This document shows, piece after piece, positions 24,372-36,522 of a stretch of DNA of 64,000 nt. Position 1 is the first letter of the stretch, and every line of letters begins with the position of its first letter. Origin of the DNA: Mustelus asterias (taxonomy: Eukaryota). Below the pieces are notes generated by a model. That model had not been told where the DNA came from. It did no database searches and was given only the letters and a program-made list of their open reading frames with translations. The position numbers and the translations under genes are program-made. The DNA is taken from assembly GCF_964213995.1 (NCBI RefSeq), contig NW_027590135.1:310001-374000 (forward strand), given 5' to 3'.

Positions 24372-26860
24372 AAATTGCAAGAAACACAAAGTTGTGATAG
24401 TAGGGGATTTTAATTTTCCACACATAGATTGGGACTCGCATACTGTTAAATGTTTTGACGGGGTAGAGTTTGTAAAATGTGTTCAGGAGAATTTTCTACA
24501 TCAGTATATAGAGGTGGCAACTAGAGAGGATGCAATATTGGATCTCCTATTTGGAAATGAGTTGGGGCAGGTGATGGATGTGAGTGTGAGGGAACACTTT
24601 GGATCCAGTGATCATAATGCCATTAGTTTCAACCTGATCATGGATAAGGATAGATCTGGTCCTCGGGTTGAAGTTCCGAACTGGAAAAAGGCCAAATTTG
24701 ATGAAATGAGAAGGGATCTGGGAAATGTGGATTGGCACAGGCTGTTCTCTGGTAAGGATGTAAATGGAAAGTGGGAGGCCTTCAAAGGAGAAATTTTGAG
24801 AGTGCAGAGTTTGTATGTTCCTGTCAGGATTAAAGGCAAAGTAAATAGGAATAAGGAACCTTGGTTCTTGAGGGAGATTGTAACACTGATTAAGAGGAAG
24901 AGAGAGTTGTATGAAATGTACAGGCAGCAAGGAACAGATCAGATGCTCGAGGAGTATAAAAAGTGCAAGAAGCTACTTAAGAGGGAAATCAGGAGGGCTA
25001 AAAGTAGACATGAGGTTGCTTTGGCAGACAGAGTGAAGGAAAATCCAAAGAGCTTTTGTAGGTATGTTAGGAGCAAAAGGATAGTGAGGGATAAAATTGG
25101 TCCTCTTGAAGACCAGAGTGGTAGACTGTGTATGGAACCAAAAGAGATAGGGGAGATACTAAATGTTTTTTTTGCATCCGTATTTACTGAGGAAACGGGC
25201 ATGGAGTCTACGGAAATGGGGCAAACAGGTAGGGAGGTCATGGAACCTTTACAGATTAAAGGGGAGGAGGTGCTCGCTGTCTTGAGGCAAATCAGAGTGG
25301 ATAAATCCCCAGGACCGGACAGGGTATTCCCACGGACCTTGAGGGAAGCTAGTGTTGAACTTGCAGGGGTCCTGGCAGACATATTTAAAATGTCAGTATT
25401 CACGGGGGAGGTGCCGGATGATTGGAGGGTGGCTCATGTTGTTCTGTTGTTTAAAAAAGCTTCCAAAAGAAATCCGGGAAATTATAGGCCAGTAAGTTTG
25501 ACGTCGGTGGTGGGCAAGTTATTGGAAGGTGTGATAAGGGATAGGATCTACAAATATTTGGATAGACAGGGACTTATTAGGGAGAGTCAACATGGCTTTG
25601 TGCGTGGTAGGTCATGTTTGACCAATCTATTAGAATGTTTCGAGGAGGTTACCAGGAAAGTGGATGAAGGGAAGGCGGTGGATGTTGTCGACCTGGATTT
25701 CAGCAAGGCCTTTGACAAGGTCCCTCATGGGAGGTTAGTTAGGAAGGTTCAGTTGCTAGGTATACATGCGGAGGTAGTAAATTGGATTAGACACTGGCTC
25801 AATGGAAGAAGCCAGAGAGTGGTTGTGGAGGATTGCTTCTCTGAGTGGAGGCCTGTGACTAGTGGTGTGCCGCAGGGATCGGTGTTGGGTCCATTGTTGT
25901 TTGTCATCTATATCAATGATCTGGATGATAATGTGGTAAATTGGATCAGCAAGTTTGCTGATGATACAAAGATTGGAGGTGTAGTGGACAGTGAGGAAGG
26001 TTTTCAAAGCTTGCAGAGGGATTTGGACCAACTAGAAAAATGGGCTGAAAAATGGCGAATGGAATTTAACGCAGACAAGTGTGAGATATTGCACATTGGA
26101 AGGACAAACCAAAGTAGAACGTACAGGGTAAATGGTAGGACTCTGAAGAGTGCAGTTGAACAGAGGGATCTGGGAATACAGGTACAGAATTCCCTAAAAG
26201 TGGCGTCACAGGGTCGTAAAGAGTGCGTTTGGTACATTGGCCTTTATAAATCGGAGTATCGAGTATAAAAGTTGGAGTGTTATGGTAAGGTTATATAAGG
26301 CATTGGTGAGGCCGAATTTGGAGTATTGTGTGCAGTTTTGGTCACCTAGTTACAGGAAGGATGTAAATAAGGTTGAAAGAGTGCAGAGAAGGTTCACAAG
26401 GATGTTGCCGGGACTTGAGAAGCTGAGTTACAGAGAGCGATTGAATAGGTTGGGACTTTATTCCCTGGAGTGTAGAAGATTGAGGGGAGATTTGATAGAG
26501 GTGTATAAGATTTTGATGGGTATAGATAGAGTGAATGCAAGCAGGCTTTTTCCGCTGAGGCGAGGGGAGAAAAAAACCAGAGGGCATGGGTTAAGGGTGA
26601 AAGGAGAAAAGTTTAAAGGGAATATTAGGGGGGGCTTCTTCACGCAGAGTGGTGGGAGTGTGGAATGAGCTGCCGGATAAAGTGGTAAATGCGGGGTCAC
26701 TTTTAACATTTAAGAAAGACTTGGACGGGTTCATGGATGAGAGGGGTGTGGAGGGATATGGTCCAAGTGCAGGTCAGTGGGACTAGGCAAAAAATGGTTC
26801 GGCACAGACAAGAAGGGCCAAAAGGCCTGTTTCTGAGCTGTAATTTTCTATGGTTCTATG
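24372..26860 (+). mobile_element. CR1 LINE, 5'-truncated ORF2 (end of APE plus RT), frameshifts near the 3' end
   Basis: ORF 24394-26268 ([30 protein letters not shown]) continued by 26237-26668; ttctatgg tail repeats. Confidence 0.95.
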
Positions 26861-27009
26861 GTGAGAGGGGAAAAGTTTAAGGGAGATGTTCGGGGGAGGT
26901 TTTTCACAGAGAGTGGTGGGTGCCTGGAACAGGCTGCCACAGGTGGTGGTGGAAGCAGGCACATTGGCAACATGTAAATGACACCTGGATAGATACATGA
27001 ATAGGGAGG

Positions 27010-27767
27010 CAACAATAATCTCTCCCTCAATGTCAACAAAACAAAGGAGGTCGTCATCGACTTAAGGAAGTGTAAAGGAGAACATGCCCCAGTCTACATC
27101 AATGGGGACGAAGTAGATAGGGTCGAGAGCTTCAAGTTTTTAGGTGTCCAGATCACCAGCAACCTGTCCTTGTCCCCCATGCCGACACTATAGTTAAGAA
27201 AGCCCACCAACGCCTCTACTTGTTCAGAACACTAAGGAAATTTGGCATGTCAGCTACGACTCTCACCAGCTTTTACAGATGCACCATAGAAAGTATTCTT
27301 TCTGGTTGTATCACAGCTTGGTATGGCTCCTGCTCTGCCCAAGTCTGCAAGGAACTACAAAAGGTCATGAATGTAGCTCTATCTGTCACGCAAATCAGCC
27401 TCCCATCCATTGAGTCTGTCTACACTTCCCACTGCCTTGGCAAAGCAGTCATTATAATTAAGGACCTCACACACCCTGGACATTCTCTCTTCCACCTTCT
27501 TCTTTTGGGAAAAAGATACAAAAGTCTGTGGTCACATACCAACTGACTCAAGAACAGCTTCTTCCCTGTTGCTGTCAGACTTTTGAATGGACTTACCTTG
27601 CATTAAGTTGATCTTTCTCTACACCCGAGCTATGACTGTAACAGTACATTCTGCACTCTCTCGTTTCCGTCTCTATGAGCGGTATGTTTTGTCTGTATAG
27701 CGCACAAGAAACAATACTTTTCATGGTATGTTAATACATGTGACAATAATAAATCAAATCATATCAA
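27010..27767 (+). mobile_element. Rex1/Babar LINE 3' part inserted in a CR1 tail
   Basis: NNLSLNVNKTKEVVID..VESFKFLGVQI..KKAHQRLY..FYRCTIESILSGCITAWYG; aataaatcaaatc tail. Confidence 0.85.
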
Positions 27768-27899
27768 AGGAATAGAGAGATACGGACCGAGTCATGGCAG
27801 GAGGTTTTTTTTTTAAGGGCATCATGTTCGGCACAGGCTGGGAGGGCCGAAGGGCCTGTTCTTGCGCTGCACTTTTCTTTGTTTTCTTTAAACAGCGAA

Positions 27900-28555
27900 T
27901 AGAAGCAAGAGTAGGCCATTCGGCCCATTGAGCCTGCTCTACCATTCACTATGATCATCGCTGATCAAATTCTCTTTCCTGATCCCACCTTCCACCCATA
28001 TCCACCCATATCCCTTGATCACTTTCGCCCCAAGAGCTACATTTATTTCCTTCTTGACATCACACATTTTGGCCTCAGCTATTTTCTGCATTAGCGATTT
28101 CCACAGATTCACCACTCTCTGGTGGAGAAATTTCTCCTCACCTCAGTCCTAAAAATTTACCCTTTATCCTTACACGAAGGACATCGGTAACATTCTTCCT
28201 GAATCTACCCTTTCTAATCCTGTTAGAATTTTATAAGTTCCTATGAGACCCCTCTCAATCTTCTAAACTCCAGTGAACATAATCCAAACTGACTTCCTCT
28301 TTCCTCATACGACACACTGGCCATCCCAGGAAACAGCCTGTGAACTTTTGCTGCACTCCCCCTGTAGCAAGTACATCCTTCCTCAGATAAAGACACCAAA
28401 ACTGCACACAATACTCCAGGTGTGGCCTCATTGTTGTCCTATACAATTGCAGTAAAACATCCCTATTCCTATACACAAATCCTCTCGCTCTCAAGGCCAA
28501 CATACCATTTGCTGTCTTGTTGTCTCCTGTACCTATGCGCTTACTTTCAGGGACT
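27900..28555 (-). mobile_element. Degraded CR1 3' end
   Basis: RPHLEYCVQFWCLYLRKD motif in ORF 28255-28635. Confidence 0.8.
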
Positions 28556-28621
28556 GAACAAAGAACAGTACAGTGCAGCACAGGAAGTGCCCACCAAGTC
28601 TGTGCCGACGCAGATGCCTCT

Positions 28622-28856
28622 TGTAATGACTTCAATCAGACCAATGAGCTTGGCCTATAGGAGCATGAACTTCCTGATTAAGGATCCAATTGATGGGCCA
28701 ATCAGGGAGTCTTTGCCTTGTACTTAACCGGGAGTGTCAGTTCCTCTAACACCCCCGGAGGGACACTGCTAACTGTTAGCACTCGGTGTACTGCCGTTAG
28801 AGTTGTAAGAAAAGGGGTTTTGGTGAAGGGACTTCTGCCTCCGCAGACCAATCACA
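28622..28856. mobile_element. Probable solo LTR (partial second copy 31740-31925)
   Basis: Starts TGTAAT; the second copy ends ATTACA; near-TSD cctct/cttct; interrupts a CR1 tail. Confidence 0.6.
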
Positions 28857-28900
28857 CTTCTCTTATCTAATATTTTCTTGCCTTGACGTGGTCCAAATCC

Positions 28901-30175
28901 ATGGAACAGTACAGCACAGTACAGGCCCTTCAGCCCTTGATGTTGTGCCGAGCTTTGTCCGAAACCGAGATCAAGCAATCCCACTCCCGATCATTCTGGT
29001 GTGCTCCATGTGCCTATCCAATAACCGCTTGAAAGTTCCTAAAGTGTCCGACTCCACTATCACAGCAGGCAGTCCATTCCAGACCCCAACCACTCTCTGA
29101 GTAAAGAACCTACCTCGGACATCCCTCCTATATCTCCCACCATGAACCTTATAGTTATGCCCCCTAGTAACAGCTACATTCACCCGAGGAAATAGTCTCT
29201 GAACGTCCACTCTATCCCCATCATCATCTTAGAAACCTGTATTAAGTCGCCTCTCATCCTCCTCTGCTCCAAAGAGAACAGCCCTCGCTCCGTCAACCTT
29301 TCCTCATAAGACCTACCCTCCAAACCAGGCAGAATCCTGGTAAATCTCCTCTGCACTCTTTCCAGTGTCTCCACATCCTTTTTATAGTGAGGTGACCAGA
29401 ACCGCACACAATATTGCAAATATGGTCTCACCAAGGTCCTCTACAGTTGCAGCATAACCCAACGGCTCTTAAACTCAAACCCCCTGTTAATAAACACGAA
29501 CACACTATAGGCCTTCTTCATGGCTCTATCCACTTGAGTGGCAACCTTCAGAGATCTGTGGATATGAAACCCAAGATCTCTCTGTTCCTCCACATTCCTC
29601 AGAACCCTGCCGTTGACCCTGTAATCCGCATTCAAATTTGTTCTACCAAAATGAATCACCTCACACTTATCAGTGTTAAACTCCATCTGCCATTTTTCAG
29701 CCCAGCTCTGCATCCTATCAATGTCTCCGCAGCCTCCAACAGTCCTCCACCTCATCCACTACTCCACCAATCTTGGTGTCATCAGCAAATTTACTGACCC
29801 ACCCTTCAGTCCCCTCCTCTAAGTCATTGATAAAAGTCACAAAAAGCAGAGGACCCAGCACTGATGCCTGTGGTACACCGCTGGTAACTGGTCTCCAGTC
29901 TGAAAATTTTCCATCCACCACCACCCTCTGTCTTCTATGAGATAGCCAGTTACTTATCCAATCGGCCAAATTTCCCTCGATCCCACACCTCCTCACTTTC
30001 TTCATGAGCCTACCATGGGGAACCTTATCAAACGCCTTACTAAAATCCATGTATATGACATCAACTGCTCTACCTTCATCTGCACACTTACTTACCTCCT
30101 CAAAGAATTCAATCAAATTTGTGAGGCAAGACTTACCCTTCATGAATCCGTGCTGACTGTCACGGATTAAGCTGC
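28901..30175 (-). mobile_element. 5'-truncated CR1 LINE
   Basis: RT motifs [20 protein letters not shown]; absent from the duplicate at 31965; TSD atcc at 28897-28900 and 30176-30179. Confidence 0.92.
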
Positions 30176-30848
30176 ATCCCTCTGTTCCCTGCCTATTCAT
30201 GTATCTATCCAGATGCCTCTTGAACGTTGTTATAGAATCTGCTTCCACCACCTCTTCCGGCAGCTCGTTCCAGGCATTCACTACCCTCTATCTGAAAAAC
30301 TTGACCCTTACATCTCTTTTAAACTTTGACCCTGGGAAAAAGACTCTGACAATCCATTCTATCCAAGCCTGTCATAATCTTGTAAACCTCTCTCGGGTCC
30401 CCCCTCATCCTCCGATGCTCCAAAGAAAAACAATCCAAGTTTGTTCAACCTTTCTTCAGAGCTGTTTTCTCCAAACTAGGCAACATCCTGGAAAATCTCT
30501 TCTGCACCCTTTCCAATGCATCAACATCCTTCCGGAAGTGTGGCGACCAGAATGGTACACAATACTCCAAATGTGGCCTAACCAAAGTCTTATACAGCTT
30601 CAACATGATTTTACTGACTGATGCACAAGGACACCGAGGTCTCGCTGAGTATCCACCTCTCTCAATTTACACCCCTTCAAATAATAATCTGCCTTCCTAT
30701 TTTTGCTACTGTAGTGGATAATGAAGTGGTCACCGCATATATTATCCACATTATACTACATCTGCCATGCAGATGCCCACACACTCAGCCTGTCCAAATC
30801 ACGCTGGAGGATCTCTGCATCCTCCTCACAGCTCACCCTCCCACCCTT

Positions 30849-31738
30849 ACGGTTCACGGGCTCCCAAGCGTGCCTTTTTGCAATCCTGTGGAGTCCGTGG
30901 ACCATGTCTATGTTTCATGTTATAGGCTGCACAACCCTTTCAGTTTCCTCAAAAATCTTTTATTCAAGTTTTGTTTGCACTTCAGTCCCACACTCCTGAT
31001 CTACGGGCACCTGGTGCAGAGGGGAAGGAGGAGCACCTCCTCGTGAACCTGCTCCTGGGCTTGGCAAAGCGTGCCATCTACAGATCTATGGGCGGCACGG
31101 TAGCACAGTGGTTAGCACTGCTGCTTCACAGCTCCAGGGTCCCGGGTTCGATTCCCGGCTCGGGTCACTGTCTGTGTGGGGTTTGCACATTCTCCTCGTG
31201 TCTGCGTGGGTTTCCTCCGGGTGCTCCGGTTTCCTCCCACAGTCCAAAGATGTGCGGGTTAGGTTGATTGGCCAGGTTAAAAATTGCCCCTTAGAGTCCT
31301 GGGATGTGTAGGTGAGAGGGATTAGCGGGTAAATATGTGGGGGTAGGACCTGGGTGGGATTGTGGTCGGTGCAGACTCGATGGGCCAAATGGCCTCCTTC
31401 TGCACTGTAGGGTTTCTATGATTTCTATGATCTATCCAGCGAGCGATCGAGGGGGTCGCCCAACCTGACTGTCTGCCTCTCTACTGCGGCTACATTTGTG
31501 GCTGGGAATCCCTGGAAAGGGAGTGTGCGGTGTCCGAGGGCAGTGTTGATGCCTTCAATGCCTGCTGGGCACCGCAGGGATGGGGGTGTATTATTGACCC
31601 TTTTGATCACATTTTAATTTGATATTTTAAGTTTCCTTTCCGCTTCTTGGTTCGGGCGGTTCCCCTCCTTTTAAGGAGCTGCCCCTTTTGGGTTGCCCCT
31701 AAGTTAATCTGATTTTGTTTATTTGGGGAAAAAAAGAG
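30849..31738 (+). mobile_element. Tx1-clade non-LTR element 3' end with nested HE1
   Basis: C-terminal CCHC finger (C..CNPVESVDHVYVSC), LLVNLLLGLAKRAIYRS, T-rich 3' UTR and A-rich end. Confidence 0.75.
31090..31428 (+). mobile_element. Full-length HE1 SINE
   Basis: Near-identical to 16906-17256; TSD gatctat at 31083-31089 and 31429-31435. Confidence 0.92.
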
Positions 31739-32356
31739 TTCCCTGATTAAGGATCCAATTGATGGGCCAATCAGGGAAACTTTGCCTTGTACTTAACCGG
31801 GAGTGTCAGTTCCTCTGACACCCCCGGAGGTAGACTGCTAACTGTTAGCACTCGGTGTACTGCTGTTACAGTTATAAAGAAAGGGATTTTGGTGAAGGAA
31901 CTTCTGCCTCCACAGACTTATTACACTTCTCTAATCTAATATTTCCTTGCCTTGACGTGGTCCATATCCCTCTGTTCCCGGCTGATTCATGTATCTATCC
32001 AGATGCCCTTTGAATGTTGTTACAGAATCTGTTTCCACTACTTCCTCTGGCAGCACGTTCCAGGCATTCACCACTCTCTGTCTGAAAAACGTGCCCCTTA
32101 CATCTCTTAAACTTTCCCTCTCTCACTCTCACCTTTGTCCTGAGTAACCTGGGAAAAAGACTCTGACAATCCACTCTATCCAAGCCTGTTATAATCTTGT
32201 AAACATCTCTCAGGTCCCCCCTCATCCTCAGATGCTCCAAAGAAAACAATCCAAGTTTGTTCAACCTTTCTTCAAAAAGGTTCCTCCAAACCAGGCAACA
32301 TCCTGGAAAATCTCTTCTGCGCCCTTTCTAATGCATCAACATCCTTCCGGAAGTGT

Positions 32357-32388
<32 letters not shown>

Positions 32389-32901
32389 TGGCCGAACCAA
32401 AGTCCTGTACAGCTTCAACATGATTGTACTGACTGATGCACAAGGACACCGAGGTCTCGCTGAGTATCCACCTCTCTTAATTTACACCCCTTCAAATAAT
32501 AATCTGCCTTCCTATTTTTGCTACTGAAGTGGATAATGAAGTGGTCACTGCATATTTATCCACATTATACTACATCTGCCATGCAGATGCCCACACACTC
32601 AGCCTGTCCAAATCACACTGGAAGATCTCTGCATGCTGCTCACAGCTCACCCTCCCACCCAATATTGTATCATCTACATATTTGGAGATAATACATTTAG
32701 TTCCTGTGTCCAAATCATTAATATATAATATGAACAGTTTGGGTCCCAGCACAGATCCCTGCGGTACCCCACTAATCACTGCCTTCCAATTGGAAAAAGA
32801 CCCATTTATGCCATCTCTTTGCTTCCTGTCTGTGAACCAGCTTTCTATCCATCTCAAGACGCAACCCACAATCCAATATACTTTAACTTTACATAGTAGC
32901 A

Positions 32902-33205
32902 GGGCGGCACAGTGGTTGGCACTGCTGTCTCACAGCACCAGGGAGCCGGGTTCGATTCCTGGCTTGGGTCACTGTCTGTGTGGAGTTTGCATGTTCCCTC
33001 CATGTCTGCGTGGGTTTCCTCTGGGTGCTCTGGTTTCCTCCCACAGTCTGAAAGACAGTTGGTTAGTTGCATTGGCCATGCTAAATTCTCTCTCGGTCTA
33101 CCCGAACAGGTGGCAGAGTATGGCGACTAGGGGATTTTCACAACTTAATTGCAGTGTTAATGTAAACCGACTTGTGACACGAATAAACAAACTTTAAACT
33201 TTATA
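32902..33205 (+). mobile_element. V-SINE with alternative 3' tail
   Basis: HE1-like head and V-domain, then tail ggcgactaggggattttcaca...aataaa (same tail inverted at ~15810-15925). Confidence 0.8.
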
Positions 33206-33620
33206 ACTTAAAAACGTTATGTAAGACCTTGTCCAAAGCCTTCTGAAAGTCTAAATAAATCACATCCACCGGTTCTCCCTGGTCAACTCTACTAGTTACA
33301 TTCTCAAAGAATTCCAGTAGTTTTGTCAAGCATGATTTCCCTTTTGTAAATCCATGCTGACTTTATCTGATTAGAACACTGCTTTTCAAACGCTTGATAA
33401 TGGACTCCAGCAACTGCCCTACGACCGACGTTCGGCTCACTGTTCGTTGGTTCCCTCTTTCCTGTAACACTACATTCTGCACTCTCTCATTTCCTTCTCT
33501 ATGAACGGTATGTTTTGTCTGGATAGGGGGCAGAAACAATATGTTCATACATGTGACAATAATAAATCAAATCAAATCCTCTCTACCTCTGATTTTGAAT
33601 ACAGGGCTTAAATTAATTAC

Positions 33621-33781
33621 CTCTCTATCCCCTGAAGGTGCTGACTCTGGCTGGGTTCAGTTCTACACTCACTGGTTCCTCTCTCTCTCTATTGAAGGTG
33701 CTGACTCTGGCTGGGTTCAGTTCTAACTCACTGGTTCCTCCCTCTCTCCTGAAGGTGCTGACTCTGGCTGGGTTCAGTTCA
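33621..33781. repeat. ~60-bp tandem repeat, about 2.7 units (related units at 24038-24155)
   Basis: tgaaggtgctgactctggctgggttcagttc occurs three times. Confidence 0.85.
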
Positions 33782-34630
33782 GACGCTGGAAATCTGAAAT
33801 GAAACAGAAAAGAAAGCTCAGCAGATTGTGCAGCATCTGTTTACAGAGAGAAACAGAGTTAGTTTTTCAGGTCTGTGACCTTTCATCAGAACTTGGAAAC
33901 ATAGAAACTCGGAACAGGAGTCGGCCATTCAGCCCTTTGAGCCTATTCCATCATTCAATGTGATCATGGCTGATCCTATATCTCAATTCCATATTCTCAG
34001 CTTTTCCCAATACCCCTTGATGCCATTAAAATCTAAAAATTTCTCTCTCTCCTTCTTGAATATATGCAGTGACTTGGTCGCCACAGCTTCTGAGGTAGAG
34101 AATTCCACAGGTTCACCACCCTCTAAGTGAAGAAATCTCTCCTCATCTCATTTCTAAATGGTGTACTCCATATCCTAAGACTGTGTCCCCTTGTTCTACA
34201 TTCCCCAACCAAGGAAAACATCCTTCCTGCAGCTAGTCTGTCCAGCCCTGTTAGAATTGTATATTTTTCAATCAGATCTCCTCTCATCCTGTCCTTTCTG
34301 TTTTTCACTCCAAAGTGTATAACTTCATATTTCGCCGCGTTGTGCTGCATCTACCATGTGTTTGTTCACTCACTCAACTTGTCTAAATCACCTTGAAGCC
34401 TCCTTACATCCTCCTCACAACTCACAATTCCGCCCAGTTTTGTGTTGTCAGCAAACGTGGAAATGTTACGTTTGGTTCCCTCATCCAGATCGGGATGGGA
34501 TTAGAATAGATAGGTGCTGATGGCCGGTGCATACACGAGGGGCCGAATGGCCTCTTTCTGTGCTGTAAAATTCTCTGACTCTATGACTTCTTAAAGAAGT
34601 CATTCATTGACTGTCCTTTGGGAACTCCAG

Positions 34631-34769
34631 AGATGATGATTGGTTCGATAGAAATGAAAATCTTTTGTCTTTTCTCTGGTGTCTTACACTTTGCTCCTTG
34701 CTTCCTGACTGGAATCTCCAAACTGGGGGAATTGTGGATCCTGGTGACATCACCCTGTTGGGGATGAAG
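34631..34769 (+). CDS. Candidate internal exon of the unknown gene
   Basis: ctccag| acceptor (phase 2), open frame DDDWFDRNENLL...ITLLGMK, donor aag|gtattg (phase 0); non-repetitive island between CR1s. Confidence 0.3.
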
Positions 34770-34984
34770 GTATTGTCACAGAGTCCTGTGTTGTCAATGT
34801 ACCGACCCGTTACCATAGTTACCCAGTTTCACTGGATGCTGACAGAATGTTTACCATTGATTTTGTGTTCTACCTGCCAGCTGTTCAGATGGAATACAGA
34901 TGCTGTGAGTGAGCATTGTCCCCATCCCACTTACAGCAATGATAGTGACAACCTGCATCATTTCCAGTTAGGGCTAGAGTCATA

Positions 34985-35585
34985 GTCATACAGTCACAGA
35001 CATTCACAGCTGGAAACAGGCCCTTCAGCCCAACTAATCCGTGTCGTCCAGTTTTTACCAATAAGCTATTCCCAATTGCCTGCGTTTGGCCCATATCCCT
35101 CTATACCAATCTTACCCATGCAACTATCGAAATGCTTTTTAAAAGACAAAATTGTAACCGCTTCTACTACTACCTCTGGCAGCTCGTTCCAGACACTCAC
35201 CACCCTCTGTGTGAAAAAATTGCCCCTCTGGACCCTTTTGTGTTTCTCCCCTCTCACCTTAAACCTGTGTCCCCCACTTTTAGACTCCCCTAACTTTGGG
35301 AAAAGATGTTGACTATCTTCCTCATCTGTGGTCCTCATTATTTTATAACCTCTATAAGATCATCCCTAAGACTCCTACGCTCCAGACAAAAAGTCCCAGA
35401 CTATTCATCCTCTCCTTATAACTCAAACCATCAAGTCCCGGTAGCATCATAGTAAATCTTTTCTGCAGTCTTTCTCATTTAATAATATCCTTTCTATAAC
35501 TGTGTGACCAGAACTGTACACAGTATTCCTAGTGGGGCCTTACCAATGTCTTGTACAACTTCAACATGACGTCCCAACTCCTATG
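34985..35585 (-). mobile_element. CR1 3' end
   Basis: GHRFKVRGEK..FFTQRVVSVWNELP motif and tail. Confidence 0.85.
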
Positions 35586-35737
35586 TGAGGATAAATGGAC
35601 CAATACATTCCATTGCCATTCCTGCAGTTGATAATGAAGTGAAAAAGCCGGTGTTTAATGAAATGCCCCAGGGGGAAATCTGCTCGAATGTAACAACTCT
35701 GCAAAATCCTTAATTGTTGTTGTTTCTGTTCAACCAG

Positions 35738-36522
35738 CCCCGAGAAGCTTGGAAGATGGAAGTTCCCGACTGGTCTGAAGTTCATAGAAACCCTACAGTG
35801 CAGAAGGAGGCCATTCGGCCCATCGAGTCTGCACCGACCACAATCCCACCCAGGCCCTACCCCCACATATTTACCCGCTAATCCCTCTAACGTACGCATC
35901 TCAGGACACTAAGGGGCAATTTTTAACCTGGCCAATCAACCTAACCTGCACATCTTTGGACTGTGGGAGGAAAGCGGAGCACCCGGAGGAACCCCACGCA
36001 GACACGTGGAGAATGTGCAAACTCCACACAGACAGTGACCCGAGCCGGGAATCGAACCCGGGCCCTGGAGCTGTGAAGCAGCAGTGCTAACCACTGTGCT
36101 ACCGTGCCGTCCTAGTTGGAGATGGAGATGAGGAGGAGCCAAATCTCAACAACTTGCTGGCAGACATCAAAAGTCATCTGCTTTGGAGCAAGGAGACCCT
36201 CAAACAGGCCATTCAGAGCAGCCAAGACCCTGGAACATCACCGCTGCTGGAGAACAGAGAAGGTGTGAGGCAAGGCAGGATGCTCGAGTGGTCAAAGATG
36301 GGACCTCAATCATTGGTGGAGTCTCCGACTCCAGTTCTGACTCCTTCTGACATTGATGGACGGTTTGAAGTGGAGGAAATTAGTCAGGATGGAAGTGGTG
36401 ACGAGATTTACAGTCACTCCCTCAGCTTAGAGACCATTTTTAAGACAATCTATGCAGCATTTCCACTCTGGGGTGGATGTCAGATCAGCTCACCAGACGG
36501 AAGGAAGACTAGAGCTAGATGA
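35738..36522 (+). pseudogene. Candidate terminal coding exon interrupted by an HE1 SINE
   Basis: Branch point, pyrimidine tract and cag ending at 35737; removing the SINE joins PREAWKMEVPDWSEV to GDGDEEEPNLNNLL in frame with ORF 36154-36522; ATTAAA at 36766. Confidence 0.4.
35783..36113 (-). mobile_element. Full-length HE1 SINE
   Basis: Reverse complement of the 31090 copy; agtt on both flanks. Confidence 0.92.

Noticed and set aside
33621-33781. Direct repeats resembling a CRISPR array
   Set aside because: The sequence between repeats is also repeated (no unique spacers), there are no cas genes, and the context is eukaryotic; it is a minisatellite
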